A stretch of 32,000 nt of DNA from Candidatus Saccharimonadota bacterium (GTDB lineage: Bacteria; Pseudomonadota; Gammaproteobacteria; Enterobacterales; Enterobacteriaceae_A), in assembly GCA_030849285.1 (NCBI GenBank), contig CP102982.1, forward strand, positions 120,001 through 152,000. Direction: 5' to 3'. A program made the translations under genes and the position numbers. This document shows positions 1-10,552 of this stretch, piece by piece; within the stretch, counting starts at the first letter, position 1; every line of letters starts with the position of its first letter. Below the pieces are notes generated by a model. The model searched no databases. It was not told where the DNA came from and worked only from the letters and a program-made list of their open reading frames with translations.

Positions 1-159
1 ATTACTAAAAAAATTGATAAAAATTTATTCTTATCTTCACGTAATATTTATAATATTAAAATAAATGATATTAAAAATATTAATATTTTAAATTTAATTA
101 ATTCTAATAAAGTAATAATTACTTTAGATGTTTTAAGATATTTTGAAAATATATTATGA
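1..159 (+). CDS. rplD: 50S ribosomal protein L4, C-terminal fragment (5' end lies outside window)
   Basis: Frame 1 is open from base 1 to the TGA at 157-159. The tail ...NLINSNKVIITLDVLRYFENIL resembles the E. coli L4 C-terminus (..FDKVVMTADAVKQVEEMLA). ATGA overlap with rplW and expected S10-operon position. Confidence 0.85.
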   Translation: MTKKIDKNLFLSSRNIYNIKINDIKNINILNLINSNKVIITLDVLRYFENIL

Positions 160-461
160 TAATTAAAAATGAAAAATTAATAAATATTATATATAAAATA
201 CATGTATCTGAAAAAGCTAATTATATAATTAAAAAAAATAATGCTGCAGTTTTAAAAGTTATTATAAAATCTAATAAAAAAGAAATTAAAGAAGCTATTC
301 AAAAAATTTTTAAAGTTAATATAAAATCTGTTAAAACATTATTAGTAAAAGGAAAAAAATTTAAAATTAATAAAAATAATTATAATTATCATAAAAATTG
401 GAAAAAGGCATATATTATTTTTAAAGACAATAAAATTTCAAATTCAATAATTAATAAATAA
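156..461 (+). CDS. rplW: 50S ribosomal protein L23
   Basis: 101-aa ORF at the operon position between L4 and L2, with L23-like length and a basic sequence. Confidence 0.9.
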   Translation: MIIKNEKLINIIYKIHVSEKANYIIKKNNAAVLKVIIKSNKKEIKEAIQKIFKVNIKSVKTLLVKGKKFKINKNNYNYHKNWKKAYIIFKDNKISNSIINK

Positions 462-477
462 TATATAAGGAAAAATA

Positions 478-1305
478 ATGGTTATTATTAATTATAAACC
501 TACATCTCCAGGAATTAGACATGCTAATAAAATAATTAATAAAAATTTATATGTTGGAAAACCATATAAAAATTTACTTAAAAAATTGAATAAAACAGGT
601 GGAAGAAATAATTTTGGTCGTATAACTACTAGACATATAGGTGGTGGGCATAAAAAACATTATAGATTAATTGATTATAAACGTAATAATGATTATATTA
701 TTGGTGAAGTTAAACGTTTTGAATATGACCCTAATAGATCTGCAAATATTGCTTTAATTTTATATAAAAATGGTATTAATAAATATATTTTATCTATAAA
801 AGGAATAAAAATAGGAGATAAAATTCAATCAGGTGAAAATGTTGATATTAAATTAGGTAATTGTTTACCTTTATATAATATACCTATTGGTTCTATTGTA
901 CATAATATAGAATTAAAACCAGGTAAAGGTGGTCAATTAGCTAGATCAGCAGGTTCATATGCTCAAATTATTTCAATTGAAAATAAATATGTAACAATAA
1001 GATTACGTTCTGGGGAAATTCGTAAAATTTTTTCAAATTGTCGTGCAACTTTAGGATCAGTTAATTTTTCTGAACATATGCTGTCTTTATTAGGAAAAGC
1101 AGGGAAAACACGTTGGAAGGGGATAAGACCTACAGTACGTGGAACTGCTATGAATCCTATAGATCACCCTCATGGAGGTGGTGAAGGACGTAATTTTGGT
1201 AAACATCCAGTTACTCCCTGGGGTATTCAAACTAAAGGAAAAAAAACTCGTGTTAATAAAAGAACTAATAAATTAATTATTCGTTTTCGTAATAAAAATA
1301 AATAA
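478..1305 (+). CDS. rplB: 50S ribosomal protein L2
   Basis: 275 aa with hallmark L2 motifs ([26 protein letters not shown]). AAGGA Shine-Dalgarno sequence upstream. Confidence 0.98.
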   Translation: MVIINYKPTSPGIRHANKIINKNLYVGKPYKNLLKKLNKTGGRNNFGRITTRHIGGGHKKHYRLIDYKRNNDYIIGEVKRFEYDPNRSANIALILYKNGINKYILSIKGIKIGDKIQSGENVDIKLGNCLPLYNIPIGSIVHNIELKPGKGGQLARSAGSYAQIISIENKYVTIRLRSGEIRKIFSNCRATLGSVNFSEHMLSLLGKAGKTRWKGIRPTVRGTAMNPIDHPHGGGEGRNFGKHPVTPWGIQTKGKKTRVNKRTNKLIIRFRNKNK

Positions 1306-1316
1306 AGGACTAATAT

Positions 1317-1616
1317 ATGCCAAGATCTATTAAAAAAGGCCCCTATATTGATAAACATTTATATTATAAAATTGAAAAATTATTAATTATTAAAAAAAAA
1401 AAACCATTAAAAACTTGGTCACGTAGGTCTACTATTTTTCCTAATATGATAGGTTTAACAATTGCTGTTCATAATGGTAAAAAACATATTCCAATATTTA
1501 TAATAGAAGAAATGATTGGTCATAAGTTAGGAGAATTTGTTTTAACTCGTACATTTAAAGGTCATACATCAGATAAAAAAATTAAAAATATTAAAAATGG
1601 AAAAAAAAATGAATAA
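1317..1616 (+). CDS. rpsS: 30S ribosomal protein S19
   Basis: Starts [12 protein letters not shown]... and contains [21 protein letters not shown], typical of S19. Confidence 0.97.
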   Translation: MPRSIKKGPYIDKHLYYKIEKLLIIKKKKPLKTWSRRSTIFPNMIGLTIAVHNGKKHIPIFIIEEMIGHKLGEFVLTRTFKGHTSDKKIKNIKNGKKNE

Positions 1617-1950
1617 AGAATTATTAACTAAACATTGTTACGTTAATTCTTCTGCTTTAAAATTACGTTTAATTTCTAATTTAATTAGAGGTAAAAATAC
1701 TTTAAAAGCTTTAGAAATTTTAAAATATAATTCTAAAAAATCATCAAATTTAATTAAAAAAGTTTTGAAAACTGCTATTTCTAATTTTAAAAATTATAAT
1801 ATTAATACTAATATTAATTATTTATATATTAAAAAAATTTTTATAAATGAGGGTTCAAGATCTAAACGAATTTTACCTCGCGCTAAAGGTAAAATAGATT
1901 ATATTTTAAAACGTACTAGTCATATTAATATAGTATTATCTGATAATTAA
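1609..1950 (+). CDS. rplV: 50S ribosomal protein L22
   Basis: [23 protein letters not shown] aligns to E. coli [23 protein letters not shown]. The ATG at 1609 gives an E. coli-like N-terminal length; the longer ORF-track start at 1597 is possible. Overlaps the rpsS stop. Confidence 0.9.
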   Translation: MNKELLTKHCYVNSSALKLRLISNLIRGKNTLKALEILKYNSKKSSNLIKKVLKTAISNFKNYNINTNINYLYIKKIFINEGSRSKRILPRAKGKIDYILKRTSHINIVLSDN

Positions 1951-1966
1951 CATTAGGAGATTTAAA

Positions 1967-2644
1967 ATGGGGCAAAAAGTAAACCCAAATATTATTAGAT
2001 TAGGTATTACTAAAGTTTGGAATTCTATATGGTATGCAAATAAAAAAGAATATAGTAAAAATATAAATGATGATTTTAAAATTCGTAATTTTTTAAAAAA
2101 AAAAATAGAAAAATTATTTGTATCTAAAATTGTAATTTATAGAAATATTAAAAAAATTAAAATAATAATTCACACATCAAACCCAAATAATATTATTAAA
2201 AATAAAAATGATAATATAGAAAAATTATGTAAAAAAATAAAAAAAATTACTAAAATATCTTCATCAATTAGTATGTTTGAAATAAAAAATCCTGAAATTG
2301 ATGCTAAACTAATATCAAATAATATAAAATTTCAATTAGAACGTCGTATTATATTTAGACGCATTATTAAAAAATCAGTTCAAAATGCTATTAAAAAAGG
2401 TGCAGTAGGTATTAAAATTGAATTAAATGGTCGTATTGGTGGTGTAGAAATTGCTAGAACTGAATGGTATAGAGAAGGAAGAGTACCATTACATACTTTG
2501 AGAGCTGATATTGATTATAATACATCTATTGCAAATACTACATATGGTATTATAGGTATTAAAGTTTGGGTTTTTAAAGGTGAAATATTAAATTGTAAAT
2601 ATTTTTTAAAAAAATTAATATTCAAAAATAATAATATTAAATAA
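1967..2644 (+). CDS. rpsC: 30S ribosomal protein S3
   Basis: Starts [15 protein letters not shown] and contains [30 protein letters not shown], typical of S3. AGGAG Shine-Dalgarno sequence. Confidence 0.98.
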   Translation: MGQKVNPNIIRLGITKVWNSIWYANKKEYSKNINDDFKIRNFLKKKIEKLFVSKIVIYRNIKKIKIIIHTSNPNNIIKNKNDNIEKLCKKIKKITKISSSISMFEIKNPEIDAKLISNNIKFQLERRIIFRRIIKKSVQNAIKKGAVGIKIELNGRIGGVEIARTEWYREGRVPLHTLRADIDYNTSIANTTYGIIGIKVWVFKGEILNCKYFLKKLIFKNNNIK

Positions 2645-2670
2645 TTAAATTTAATTTAAAATAGGTATTT

Positions 2671-3099
2671 ATGTTATTTCCTAAAAGAACTAAATTTAAA
2701 AAAATGCAAAAGGGTAGAAATAGGGGATTAATAATAAATAAAAATATTAAATTTGGTTTTTATGGATTAAGATCTATTGAACATGGTAGAATAACCTCTA
2801 AACAAATTGAATCAGCACGTAGATCAATAAATCGAACAATTAAAAAACAAGGTAAAATTTGGATTTGTATTTTTCCAGATAAACCTATTACTAAAAAACC
2901 TTTAGAAGTAAGAATGGGTAAAGGTAAGGGTAATGTTGAATTTTGGGTGTCTTTAATTAAACCTGGTAAGATATTATATGAATTAAATGGTGTATCAGAG
3001 AAATTAGCTCGCAAAGCATTTATACAAGCTTCAAATAAATTACCTGTAAAAACTATTTTTTCAATAAAAAGGGAAAACTATGAATTTAAAAAATATTAA
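2671..3099 (+). CDS. rplP: 50S ribosomal protein L16
   Basis: [16 protein letters not shown] and [15 protein letters not shown] are L16 hallmarks. Confidence 0.97.
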   Translation: MLFPKRTKFKKMQKGRNRGLIINKNIKFGFYGLRSIEHGRITSKQIESARRSINRTIKKQGKIWICIFPDKPITKKPLEVRMGKGKGNVEFWVSLIKPGKILYELNGVSEKLARKAFIQASNKLPVKTIFSIKRENYEFKKY

Positions 3100-3274
3100 T
3101 AATAAAAATATTGATGAATTATATGGTATATTACATATTTTATTATACGAAAAATTTAATTTACGTTTAAAATTAGGAAATAATCAATTAAAAAATTTAA
3201 ACTTATTAAAAGAAAATCGTCATGATATTGCTCGTATTAAAACATTAATTATTAATAAAAGAGTATGTAAATGA
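3080..3274 (+). CDS. rpmC: 50S ribosomal protein L29
   Basis: 64 aa. ..[12 protein letters not shown]...[15 protein letters not shown] aligns to E. coli L29. Overlaps rplP by 20 nt and ends in an ATGA overlap with rpsQ. Confidence 0.93.
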   Translation: MNLKNINNKNIDELYGILHILLYEKFNLRLKLGNNQLKNLNLLKENRHDIARIKTLIINKRVCK

Positions 3275-3528
3275 AAAAAAAAAAAATATTAAAAGGTACA
3301 GTAATTAGTAATAAAATGGTAAAATCTGTTATTGTTACTATTGAATATAAAATAAAACATATTTTATATAGAAAATTTATTAAGAAAACAACTAAATTTT
3401 ATGTACATGATGAAAATAATAAATGCAATATTGGTGATATAATTGAATTTAAAGAAACTAATCCAATATCTAAAAAAAAATTTTGGATATTATTAAGAAT
3501 TTTAAAAAAAAGTAATTATTTAAAATAA
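3271..3528 (+). CDS. rpsQ: 30S ribosomal protein S17
   Basis: [40 protein letters not shown] aligns to E. coli S17. Confidence 0.96.
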   Translation: MKKKKILKGTVISNKMVKSVIVTIEYKIKHILYRKFIKKTTKFYVHDENNKCNIGDIIEFKETNPISKKKFWILLRILKKSNYLK

Positions 3529-3575
3529 TTTTAATTATATAATGTTTTATATTTTTAAAATTATTAGGAGATTTA

Positions 3576-3947
3576 ATGATTCAAGAACAAACTATATTAA
3601 ATGTTGCTGATAATTCAGGAGCACGTAAAGTAATGTGTATTAAAGTTTTAGGTGGATCACGTAGAAGATATGCAAATATTGGTGATATTATTAAAATTTC
3701 AATAAAAGAAGCTATTCCTAATAGTAAAGTTAAAAAAGGTGAAGTTTTAAAAGCAGTTATTGTTCGTACTAAAAAAGGGGTTCGTCGTTTTGATGGGTCA
3801 TTAATACGCTTTGATAATAATTCATGTGTAATTTTAAATAATACAACATTACAACCTATTGGTACTCGTATTTTTGGCCCAGTAACTCGTGAATTACGTA
3901 ATGAAAAATTTATGAAAATTATTTCTTTAGCTCCTGAAGTAATTTAA
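3576..3947 (+). CDS. rplN: 50S ribosomal protein L14
   Basis: [28 protein letters not shown]... is near-canonical L14. AGGAG Shine-Dalgarno sequence. Confidence 0.98.
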   Translation: MIQEQTILNVADNSGARKVMCIKVLGGSRRRYANIGDIIKISIKEAIPNSKVKKGEVLKAVIVRTKKGVRRFDGSLIRFDNNSCVILNNTTLQPIGTRIFGPVTRELRNEKFMKIISLAPEVI

Positions 3948-3956
3948 GGGTTAAAA

Positions 3957-4268
3957 ATGGCAAATAAAATAAAAAAAAATGATATCGTTATTATAATTTC
4001 TGGTAAAAATAAGGGTAAAAATGGTAAAATTAATAAAATTATATCTAAAAAAAAAGTTATTATTAAAAATATAAATTTATTCAAAAAACATCAAAAATCT
4101 ATTCCATCTATTAATAAAATAGGTGGTATTTTAAAAAAAGAATTTCCTATTCATATATCAAATATTTCAATATTAAATAAATATACAAAAAAAAAAGATA
4201 AAGTTAAATTTATTTATATAAAAAAAAAAAAAAAACGTTTATATAAATCAAATAACAAAATAATTTAG
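3957..4268 (+). CDS. rplX: 50S ribosomal protein L24
   Basis: [25 protein letters not shown]...NLFKKHQK aligns to E. coli L24. Contains an in-frame A16 tract (4220-4235). Confidence 0.95.
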   Translation: MANKIKKNDIVIIISGKNKGKNGKINKIISKKKVIIKNINLFKKHQKSIPSINKIGGILKKEFPIHISNISILNKYTKKKDKVKFIYIKKKKKRLYKSNNKII

Positions 4269-4276
4269 GTGATAAT

Positions 4277-4834
4277 ATGAAAAAATTACATAATTATTAT
4301 AAAAATAAAATTTTAAATTTAATGATTAAAAAATTTAATTATAAATCTTTAATGCAAGTGCCTAAAATTATTAAAATTGTTTTAAATATTGGTTTAGGTG
4401 AATTAGCTTATAATAAAAAAAAATTGAATAATGTATTTAATAATTTAACTAATATATCTGGACAAAAACCAATAATTACTAAATCTAAAAAATCAATTGC
4501 TAGTTTTAAAATTAGGAAAAATAATTCTATTGGATGTATGGTTACTTTAAGAAATAAAAGAATGTGGGATTTTTTAGAAAGATTAATTTTTATTGCTATT
4601 CCTAGAATTAGAGATTTTAGAGGTTTATCATTAAATTCATTTGATGGTTATGGTAATTATAATATTGGTATTAAAGAACAAATTATTTTTCCTGAAATTG
4701 ATTTTGATAAAATAGATTATATTAATGGATTAAATATAACAATTGTTACTAACTCAAAATTTGATAATCAAGTTTATAGTTTATTAACATATTTAAATTT
4801 CCCTTTTAAAAAAATAGAGGAAAATTATGTCTAA
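4277..4834 (+). CDS. rplE: 50S ribosomal protein L5
   Basis: 185 aa. [35 protein letters not shown] and [28 protein letters not shown] are L5 hallmarks. Confidence 0.97.
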   Translation: MKKLHNYYKNKILNLMIKKFNYKSLMQVPKIIKIVLNIGLGELAYNKKKLNNVFNNLTNISGQKPIITKSKKSIASFKIRKNNSIGCMVTLRNKRMWDFLERLIFIAIPRIRDFRGLSLNSFDGYGNYNIGIKEQIIFPEIDFDKIDYINGLNITIVTNSKFDNQVYSLLTYLNFPFKKIEENYV

Positions 4835-5132
4835 AAAATCTTTAAAAATTAGGGAAATAAAAAAAATAAAATTAATAAATAAATTTTATAATAAAAGAAT
4901 TAAAATTAAAGAAAAAATTAATAAGATTTTACATTCATTTAAAAAAAAATTAAATTACATTTTTAAATTACAATCTTTACCTCGTAATTCAAGTTTATCT
5001 AGATATCATAATCGTTGCGTAAAAACAGGTAGAGCTAATGGATATATTAAAAAATTTGGTTTAAGTAGAATAAAATTAAGAGAATCTGCTGTAAAAGGTG
5101 AAATACCTGGTTTAAAAAAATCAAGTTGGTAA
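4827..5132 (+). CDS. rpsN: 30S ribosomal protein S14
   Basis: 101 aa with C-terminus [43 protein letters not shown], as in E. coli S14. 8-nt overlap with rplE. Confidence 0.96.
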   Translation: MSKKSLKIREIKKIKLINKFYNKRIKIKEKINKILHSFKKKLNYIFKLQSLPRNSSLSRYHNRCVKTGRANGYIKKFGLSRIKLRESAVKGEIPGLKKSSW

Positions 5133-5152
5133 TATTTTAAATGGAGTAATTT

Positions 5153-5548
5153 ATGAGTATGCAAGATCCGATTTCAGATATGTTAACACATATTAGAAAT
5201 TGTCAAAATAAAAATAAAAAAAGGATTATAATTTTATTTTCTAATATTAAAATGGAGATATTAAGAATATTAAAAGAAGAGGGTTATATTAAAAAATATA
5301 AAAAAATTAATAATAATAATATTATATTATTAGAAATAATATTAAAATATTTTAAAAATAAACCTGTTATTGAAAATATTAAAAGAATTAGTAAACCAAG
5401 TTTACGTATATATAAAAAAAAAAAAAATTTACCTATAGTTATGAATTATTTAGGAATTGCAATTATTTCTACTTCGAAAGGTATTATGTCTGATAATTTG
5501 GCTAGAAAAAATGGTATAGGTGGTGAAATTATTTGTTATGTTTATTAA
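5153..5548 (+). CDS. rpsH: 30S ribosomal protein S8
   Basis: Starts MSMQDPISDMLTHIRN and ends ..GIGGEIICYVY, typical of S8. In-frame A14 tract at 5414-5427. Confidence 0.97.
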   Translation: MSMQDPISDMLTHIRNCQNKNKKRIIILFSNIKMEILRILKEEGYIKKYKKINNNNIILLEIILKYFKNKPVIENIKRISKPSLRIYKKKKNLPIVMNYLGIAIISTSKGIMSDNLARKNGIGGEIICYVY

Positions 5549-5559
5549 TAGGATGAAAT

Positions 5560-6093
5560 ATGTCACGTATAGCTAAAAAACCTATATTAATACCTAAAGA
5601 TGTTAAAATAAATATATTTAATAAAATTATTAATATTATTGGTAAAAATGGTAATTTAAATTATATTATTCATAAAAATGTAACTATTAATATTGAAAAA
5701 AATTTAATATTTTTTTCAGTTATTAAAAATAATAAATATTCATGGTCACAAGCTGGTACTACTAGAGCTATAATTAATTCATTAATAATTGGTGTTACTA
5801 TAGGTTTTTTTAAAAAATTAAAATTATTTGGAGTAGGATATAAAGCAAATATTAAAAATAATAATTTAACTTTATCTTTAGGTTTTTCACATTTAATAAA
5901 TTATAAATTACCTAATGGTGTATTTATAAATTGTTTAAATAAAAATGAAATTTTATTAAATAGTTCAAATAAACAATTAATTGGACAAGTAGCCGCTGAA
6001 ATAAGATTATTTCATACTCCTGATCCTTATAAAGGTAAAGGAATACGTTATGATAATGAAATTATTAAATTAAAAGAAACAAAAAAAAAATAG
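5560..6093 (+). CDS. rplF: 50S ribosomal protein L6
   Basis: Starts MSRIAKKPILIPKDVKI and contains ...PDPYKGKGIRY, typical of L6. Confidence 0.96.
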   Translation: MSRIAKKPILIPKDVKINIFNKIINIIGKNGNLNYIIHKNVTINIEKNLIFFSVIKNNKYSWSQAGTTRAIINSLIIGVTIGFFKKLKLFGVGYKANIKNNNLTLSLGFSHLINYKLPNGVFINCLNKNEILLNSSNKQLIGQVAAEIRLFHTPDPYKGKGIRYDNEIIKLKETKKK

Positions 6094-6100
6094 GATTAAA

Positions 6101-6442
6101 ATGTATATAATTAAAAAACGTTTAAAAAGAGCAAGAAATACTCGTATTAAAATTAAAAAAAAAATAAGGTTAGTAATATTTCGTACTTTACGTAATATTT
6201 ATGCACAAATAATTTATAATAATAATACTTTATTATCTGCATCTACTTTAGAAAAGAAAATTAATAAAATTTTAAAAAATTATAGTAATAAATATGCTGC
6301 AGCTATAATTGGGAATATTATAGCTAAACGTTGTATTAATAATGGAATTAAAAAAGTTGTATTTGATAGATCTGGTTATAAATATCATGGTAGAATTAAA
6401 GCTTTAGCTGATTCTGCTCGTGAATTTGGATTAATTTTTTAA
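6101..6442 (+). CDS. rplR: 50S ribosomal protein L18
   Basis: FRT.RNIYAQII and FDRSGYKYHGRIKALADSAREFGL.F match the E. coli L18 core and C-terminus. Confidence 0.96.
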   Translation: MYIIKKRLKRARNTRIKIKKKIRLVIFRTLRNIYAQIIYNNNTLLSASTLEKKINKILKNYSNKYAAAIIGNIIAKRCINNGIKKVVFDRSGYKYHGRIKALADSAREFGLIF

Positions 6443-6452
6443 GGATTAAATT

Positions 6453-6953
6453 TTGTATATTGAAAAAAAAAGTATTGAATTTAAAGAAAAATTAATTAAT
6501 ATAAATAGAGTATCAAAAACTGTGAAAGGTGGTAGAATTTTTAGTTTTACTGCATTAACAGTTATAGGAAATAAAAATGGTAAAATAGGGATTGGATATG
6601 GTAAATCTAAAGAAGTTCCATTAGCAATTAAAAAATCTACTGAAAAAGCTAAAAATAATATAATTAATATTTCTTTAAAAAATAATACTATACATCATTC
6701 TATTATAGGTAAACATACTGGTTCAATTGTTTTTATGAAACCTGCATCTGAGGGTACTGGTATTATTGCTGGTGGTGCTATGCGTGCTGTTTTAGAAGTT
6801 ATTGGTATACATAATATTTTAGCTAAGGCATATGGTTCAACTAATCCAATTAATATTATTAAAGCTACTATTAAAGCATTATTAAATATGAAAACATTAA
6901 AATATATTTCTTTAAAACGCGAAAAATCAACCCTTAATTTTTTTGGTAATTAA
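6453..6953 (+). CDS. rpsE: 30S ribosomal protein S5
   Basis: TTG start at 6453. [38 protein letters not shown] and [17 protein letters not shown] are S5 hallmarks. Confidence 0.96.
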   Translation: MYIEKKSIEFKEKLININRVSKTVKGGRIFSFTALTVIGNKNGKIGIGYGKSKEVPLAIKKSTEKAKNNIINISLKNNTIHHSIIGKHTGSIVFMKPASEGTGIIAGGAMRAVLEVIGIHNILAKAYGSTNPINIIKATIKALLNMKTLKYISLKREKSTLNFFGN

Positions 6954-6954
6954 T

Positions 6955-7134
6955 ATGAATAAAATTATTAAAATTAAGCAAATTCGTAGTTCTATAGGTA
7001 TAAAACCTAGTCATAAACTTACATTAATTTGTTTAGGTTTAGGAAATATTAATAAAATTGTTAAAATTAAAAATACTAAATCTATAAATGGTATGATTAA
7101 ACTTATTTATTATATGATTAATATTGAAGGTTAA
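6955..7134 (+). CDS. rpmD: 50S ribosomal protein L30
   Basis: [30 protein letters not shown] aligns to E. coli [29 protein letters not shown]. The ATG at 6955 lies just after the rpsE stop; the ORF-track TTG at 6943 is less likely. Confidence 0.9.
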   Translation: MNKIIKIKQIRSSIGIKPSHKLTLICLGLGNINKIVKIKNTKSINGMIKLIYYMINIEG

Positions 7135-7138
7135 AATT

Positions 7139-7561
7139 ATGTATTTAAATAATTTAAATTCATTTAATAATTTTAATAAAAAAAAGAAACGTTTAGGTAG
7201 AGGAATTGGATCAGGTTTAGGTAAAACTTGTGGTAGAGGTCATAAAGGGCAAAAAAGTAGATCTGGGAATAGTGTTAAAAGGGGGTTTGAAGGAGGTCAA
7301 ATGCCATTATATAGACGTTTACCTAAATTTGGTTTTATTTCTAAAAAAAAAAAAAAAAAAAAAGAAATACGTTTATATGAATTAAATAAAATTAAAGAAA
7401 ATTTTATAAATTTAAATATATTAAAAAAATATAAAATAATTAATAATAAATTTAAATTTATTAAAGTTATACATTCAGGATCAATTAATAAATCTATTAA
7501 ATTTTTAAATTTATTTTTAACAAAAGGTATTAAATTAATTTCTAAAAATTATGAGGAATAA
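7139..7561 (+). CDS. rplO: 50S ribosomal protein L15
   Basis: MYLNNL...[48 protein letters not shown] matches E. coli L15. The ATG at 7139 fits the E. coli N-terminus better than the TTG at 7124. Contains an in-frame A21 tract (7343-7363). Confidence 0.93.
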   Translation: MYLNNLNSFNNFNKKKKRLGRGIGSGLGKTCGRGHKGQKSRSGNSVKRGFEGGQMPLYRRLPKFGFISKKKKKKKEIRLYELNKIKENFINLNILKKYKIINNKFKFIKVIHSGSINKSIKFLNLFLTKGIKLISKNYEE

Positions 7562-7565
7562 AATT

Positions 7566-8861
7566 ATGAGAAATTTTTTTAAAACTTATAAAGGAGGATT
7601 TTATTATTTAAAATCTAAATTTTTATTTCTTATTTGTGTTTTAATAATTTTTAGAATTGGTTCATTTATTCCAATACAGGGTATTAATATTAGTTTTTCA
7701 AATAATTTTTTTTTAAAAAAAAATAATGGTAATATATTTGAAATGTTAAATATATTTTCTGGTGGTGGTTTTAGTCATATTTCAATATTTTCTTTAGGAT
7801 TAATTCCATATATATCTTCATCAATTTTTGTGCAAATTATTAATTTTATTTATCCTAATTTAATTATTAAAAATAAATATTCATTAAATTATGAAAATAG
7901 ACTTAATCAAATTATTCGATATTTTACTTTTTTATTTTCAATAATTCAATCTATTGTTATTATTATAAATTTAAATAAAATATATGAATTTAATAATTTA
8001 ACGTTAAATAAAAATATAATATTTTATTTAATTACTTTAATAAGTTTAATTACTGGTTCTATTATATTAATGTGGTTAGGAGAAAAAATTACAAAAAGTG
8101 GTATTTGTAATGGTATTTCAATAATTATTTGTTCTGGAATATTAATTGGTTTTCCTTCTTCAATAAATACTATTTTATTAAATAAACAATTTTATAATTT
8201 TATTTTTTTAAAATTTTGTTTTTTTTTAATATTTTTGTTTTCAATAATTTATTTTATTATTTTTATTGAATGTTCACAAAGACGTATATTCGTAAATTAT
8301 AAAAATAATCAAAATAAACGTAAATTTTATATAAATCAAAATATTTATTTACCTTTAAAAATAAATATATCTGGCGTTATTCCCTTAATTTTTTCAACAA
8401 GTATTTTACTTTTTATAATAAATTTATTATTATTTTTAGTAGAAAAATTTAATAATTTTTTAATTATTAAAAATTTAATTTTTTATTTACAACCTGGTAA
8501 AATTTTTTATATAATTTTATATATAAATTTTATTATATTATTCAATTTTTTAAGTATTCCTTTATTTTTTAATTCAAAAAAAACCGCAAATAACTTAAAA
8601 AAATCAGGGGGTTTTATATATGGTATACGTCCAGGTGAAAGAACCGCTAATTATATTAATAATATAATATTACGTTTAAATAATTTAAGTTCTATATATA
8701 TAATTATTATATGTTTAGTACCTGAAATGTTTAATAAAATAATTAAAATTCCATTTTATCTAAGTAGTACTTCATTATTAATTATAACTTTAGTTATTAT
8801 AGAATTTATTACTAAAGTACAGACATTATTAATGTCAAAACAATATAATTTTATTTTTTAA
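7566..8861 (+). CDS. secY: Protein translocase subunit SecY
   Basis: FRIGSFIPIQGIN, FSGGGFS..SIFSLGLIPYISSSI and GIRPGERTA are SecY motifs. The ATG at 7566 has a GAGGA 8 nt upstream and follows the rplO stop; an alternative start at 7551 is possible. Confidence 0.93.
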   Translation: MRNFFKTYKGGFYYLKSKFLFLICVLIIFRIGSFIPIQGINISFSNNFFLKKNNGNIFEMLNIFSGGGFSHISIFSLGLIPYISSSIFVQIINFIYPNLIIKNKYSLNYENRLNQIIRYFTFLFSIIQSIVIIINLNKIYEFNNLTLNKNIIFYLITLISLITGSIILMWLGEKITKSGICNGISIIICSGILIGFPSSINTILLNKQFYNFIFLKFCFFLIFLFSIIYFIIFIECSQRRIFVNYKNNQNKRKFYINQNIYLPLKINISGVIPLIFSTSILLFIINLLLFLVEKFNNFLIIKNLIFYLQPGKIFYIILYINFIILFNFLSIPLFFNSKKTANNLKKSGGFIYGIRPGERTANYINNIILRLNNLSSIYIIIICLVPEMFNKIIKIPFYLSSTSLLIITLVIIEFITKVQTLLMSKQYNFIF

Positions 8862-8902
8862 AAAAAATAAAAATTATATAATTTATTAAATTTAGGAATT
8901 AA

Positions 8903-9019
8903 ATGAAAGTACGAGCTTCTATTAAAAAAATTTGTAGAAATTGTAAAATAATAAAAAGAAATAGAATAATTCGTATAGTTTGTAGTTTTTCACCAAAACA
9001 TAAACAAAGACAAGGTTAA
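8903..9019 (+). CDS. rpmJ: 50S ribosomal protein L36
   Basis: Not in the ORF track (38 aa). I translated [38 protein letters not shown], canonical L36 with CxxC...C...H. AGGA Shine-Dalgarno sequence upstream and expected position after secY. Confidence 0.95.
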   Translation: MKVRASIKKICRNCKIIKRNRIIRIVCSFSPKHKQRQG

Positions 9020-9045
9020 TTATTCTTTAATATTAAGGAGATAAA

Positions 9046-9405
9046 TTGATTAGAATATCAGGTGTAAATATACCAGAGAATAAATATACATTATTTGCAT
9101 TAACAAAAATTTTTGGTATAGGAAAATCTAGAGCTAAACAAATATGCTTAAAATTTAATATTAACGATAAAATTAAGATTAAAAATTTAAATTTTAAACA
9201 AATTGAATATATACGAGAATATATTTCTAATTTATTAGTAGAGGGTGATTTACGTAGAGAAATTAAATTAAATATTAAAAGACTTATAGATATTAAATGT
9301 TATAGAGGTTTAAGACATCGTAATAAATTACCTGTAAGAGGTCAAAGGACTAAAACAAATGCTAGAACTTCCAAAGGGCCTCGTAAAATAATTAAAAAAT
9401 TATAG
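9046..9405 (+). CDS. rpsM: 30S ribosomal protein S13
   Basis: TTG start preceded by [19 protein letters not shown]... and [28 protein letters not shown] are S13 hallmarks. Confidence 0.96.
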   Translation: MIRISGVNIPENKYTLFALTKIFGIGKSRAKQICLKFNINDKIKIKNLNFKQIEYIREYISNLLVEGDLRREIKLNIKRLIDIKCYRGLRHRNKLPVRGQRTKTNARTSKGPRKIIKKL

Positions 9406-9413
9406 GATTTTAA

Positions 9414-9881
9414 ATGATTAATAAAAATATTAATAAAAATATTAATAAAAAAATTAGTAAAAATATTAATAAAAAAATTAGTAAAAATATTAATAAAAAA
9501 ATAAAAAAAAAAAATAATATTAAAAATAAAAAACAAATTTTAAATGCTATAGTTCATATAAATTCTTCTTTTAATAATACAATAATTACATTTACAGATA
9601 TTAAAGGTAATACTTTAGTATCTTCCACTTCTGGTGCTTCAGGTTTTAAAGGTTCTAAAAAATCAACACCATTTTCGGCTCAAATTGCAGCTGAAAAATG
9701 TGCAATTTTTGCAAAAAAAAATGGTATTAAAAATTTAGAAATTAAAGTAAAAGGACCTGGTCCAGGGCGCGAATCTTCTATAAGATCTTTAAATTCTTTA
9801 GGTTTTAATATAACTAGTATTATAGATGTAACTCCTATTCCTCATAATGGATGTCGTGCTCCAAAAAAACGTCGAGTTTAA
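9414..9881 (+). CDS. rpsK: 30S ribosomal protein S11 with an extended repetitive N-terminus
   Basis: The core [18 protein letters not shown]...[22 protein letters not shown]...[13 protein letters not shown]...[20 protein letters not shown] is canonical S11. The 155 aa (E. coli 129 aa, from memory) reflect the extra N-terminal KNINKKIS repeats. Confidence 0.95.
   Translation: MINKNINKNINKKISKNINKKISKNINKKIKKKNNIKNKKQILNAIVHINSSFNNTIITFTDIKGNTLVSSTSGASGFKGSKKSTPFSAQIAAEKCAIFAKKNGIKNLEIKVKGPGPGRESSIRSLNSLGFNITSIIDVTPIPHNGCRAPKKRRV
9423..9503 (+). repeat. In-frame tandem repeat inside the rpsK 5' end (24-nt unit AAAAATATTAATAAAAAAATTAGT x about 2.7, preceded by a 12-nt sub-repeat)
   Basis: Direct reading: units at 9435-9458 and 9459-9482 are identical, with a partial third from 9483. 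They encode (KNINKKIS)n. Confidence 0.9.
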
Positions 9882-9902
9882 TTTTTTTTAAAAAGGGTAT
9901 AA

Positions 9903-10523
9903 ATGGCAAAGTTTTTAGGTCCTAAACTTAAATTAAGTCGTCGTGAAAATTTAGATTTATATTTAAAATCTGGTATTCGAGATATAAGTTTAAAATGTAA
10001 TATTGAAAAATTACCTGGTCAAATTAATTCTCGTAAAGTACGTTTATCAGATTATGCTTTACAATTACGTGAAAAACAAAAAGTAAAACGCATTTACGGA
10101 ATTTTAGAAAAACAATTTAGAAATTATTATAAAAAGGCAAAAAAATTAAAGGGTAATACTAGTATTAATTTATTACAATTAATAGAACTTAGATTAGATA
10201 ACATTATTTATCGAATGGGTTTTAGTTCTACTCGTGCTGAAGCTAAACAACTTATTAATCATAAATTAGTTTTAGTTAATAATAAAATAGTTAATGTTCC
10301 TTCTTATCAAATAATGTTAAATGATATAGTTAAAATTAATGAAAAATCTATTAATCAAAAACGTATAAAATTATCTTTAAATATTAATAATAAAAGAATA
10401 AAGTCCAAATGGATGAATGTTGATCATAAATTATTTCAAGGTTATTTATTAAGATTACCTAATCGTTTAGATATATATTCTAATATTAATGAACAATTAA
10501 TAATTGGGTTATATTCTAAGTAA
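9903..10523 (+). CDS. rpsD: 30S ribosomal protein S4
   Basis: [24 protein letters not shown] and ...[37 protein letters not shown] are near-identical to E. coli S4. Confidence 0.98.
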   Translation: MAKFLGPKLKLSRRENLDLYLKSGIRDISLKCNIEKLPGQINSRKVRLSDYALQLREKQKVKRIYGILEKQFRNYYKKAKKLKGNTSINLLQLIELRLDNIIYRMGFSSTRAEAKQLINHKLVLVNNKIVNVPSYQIMLNDIVKINEKSINQKRIKLSLNINNKRIKSKWMNVDHKLFQGYLLRLPNRLDIYSNINEQLIIGLYSK

Positions 10524-10552
10524 TTTTAAATTTTTAAAAGGAGAAAATAAAG

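Noticed and set aside
157-159. Possible UGA-to-Trp recoding (genetic code 4), as in some tiny symbiont genomes
   Set aside because: TGA terminates rplD (157-159), rpmC (3272-3274) and rpoA (11573-11575) at the expected protein ends, each in an ATGA overlap with the next gene. The tRNA-Trp has a CCA anticodon, not UCA, and conserved Trp positions use TGG. The standard bacterial code applies.
2760-3014. 84-aa minus-strand ORF
   Set aside because: It is entirely antisense within rplP, whose identity is unambiguous. It has no RBS or recognisable domain.
6943-7565. Longer ORF-track starts for rpmD (TTG 6943), rplO (TTG 7124) and secY (ATG 7551), and likewise rplV (ATG 1597)
   Set aside because: Alignment to the E. 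coli N-termini, and for secY a GAGGA 8 nt upstream of the ATG at 7566, favour the downstream ATGs (6955, 7139, 7566, 1609). The upstream starts would add unaligned residues and overlap the preceding genes. This remains uncertain without experimental data.
9342-9536. 64-aa minus-strand ORF ([10 protein letters not shown]...)
   Set aside because: It is antisense to the rpsM 3' end and the rpsK 5' repeat. The open frame is a by-product of the AAA/AAT-rich tandem repeat.
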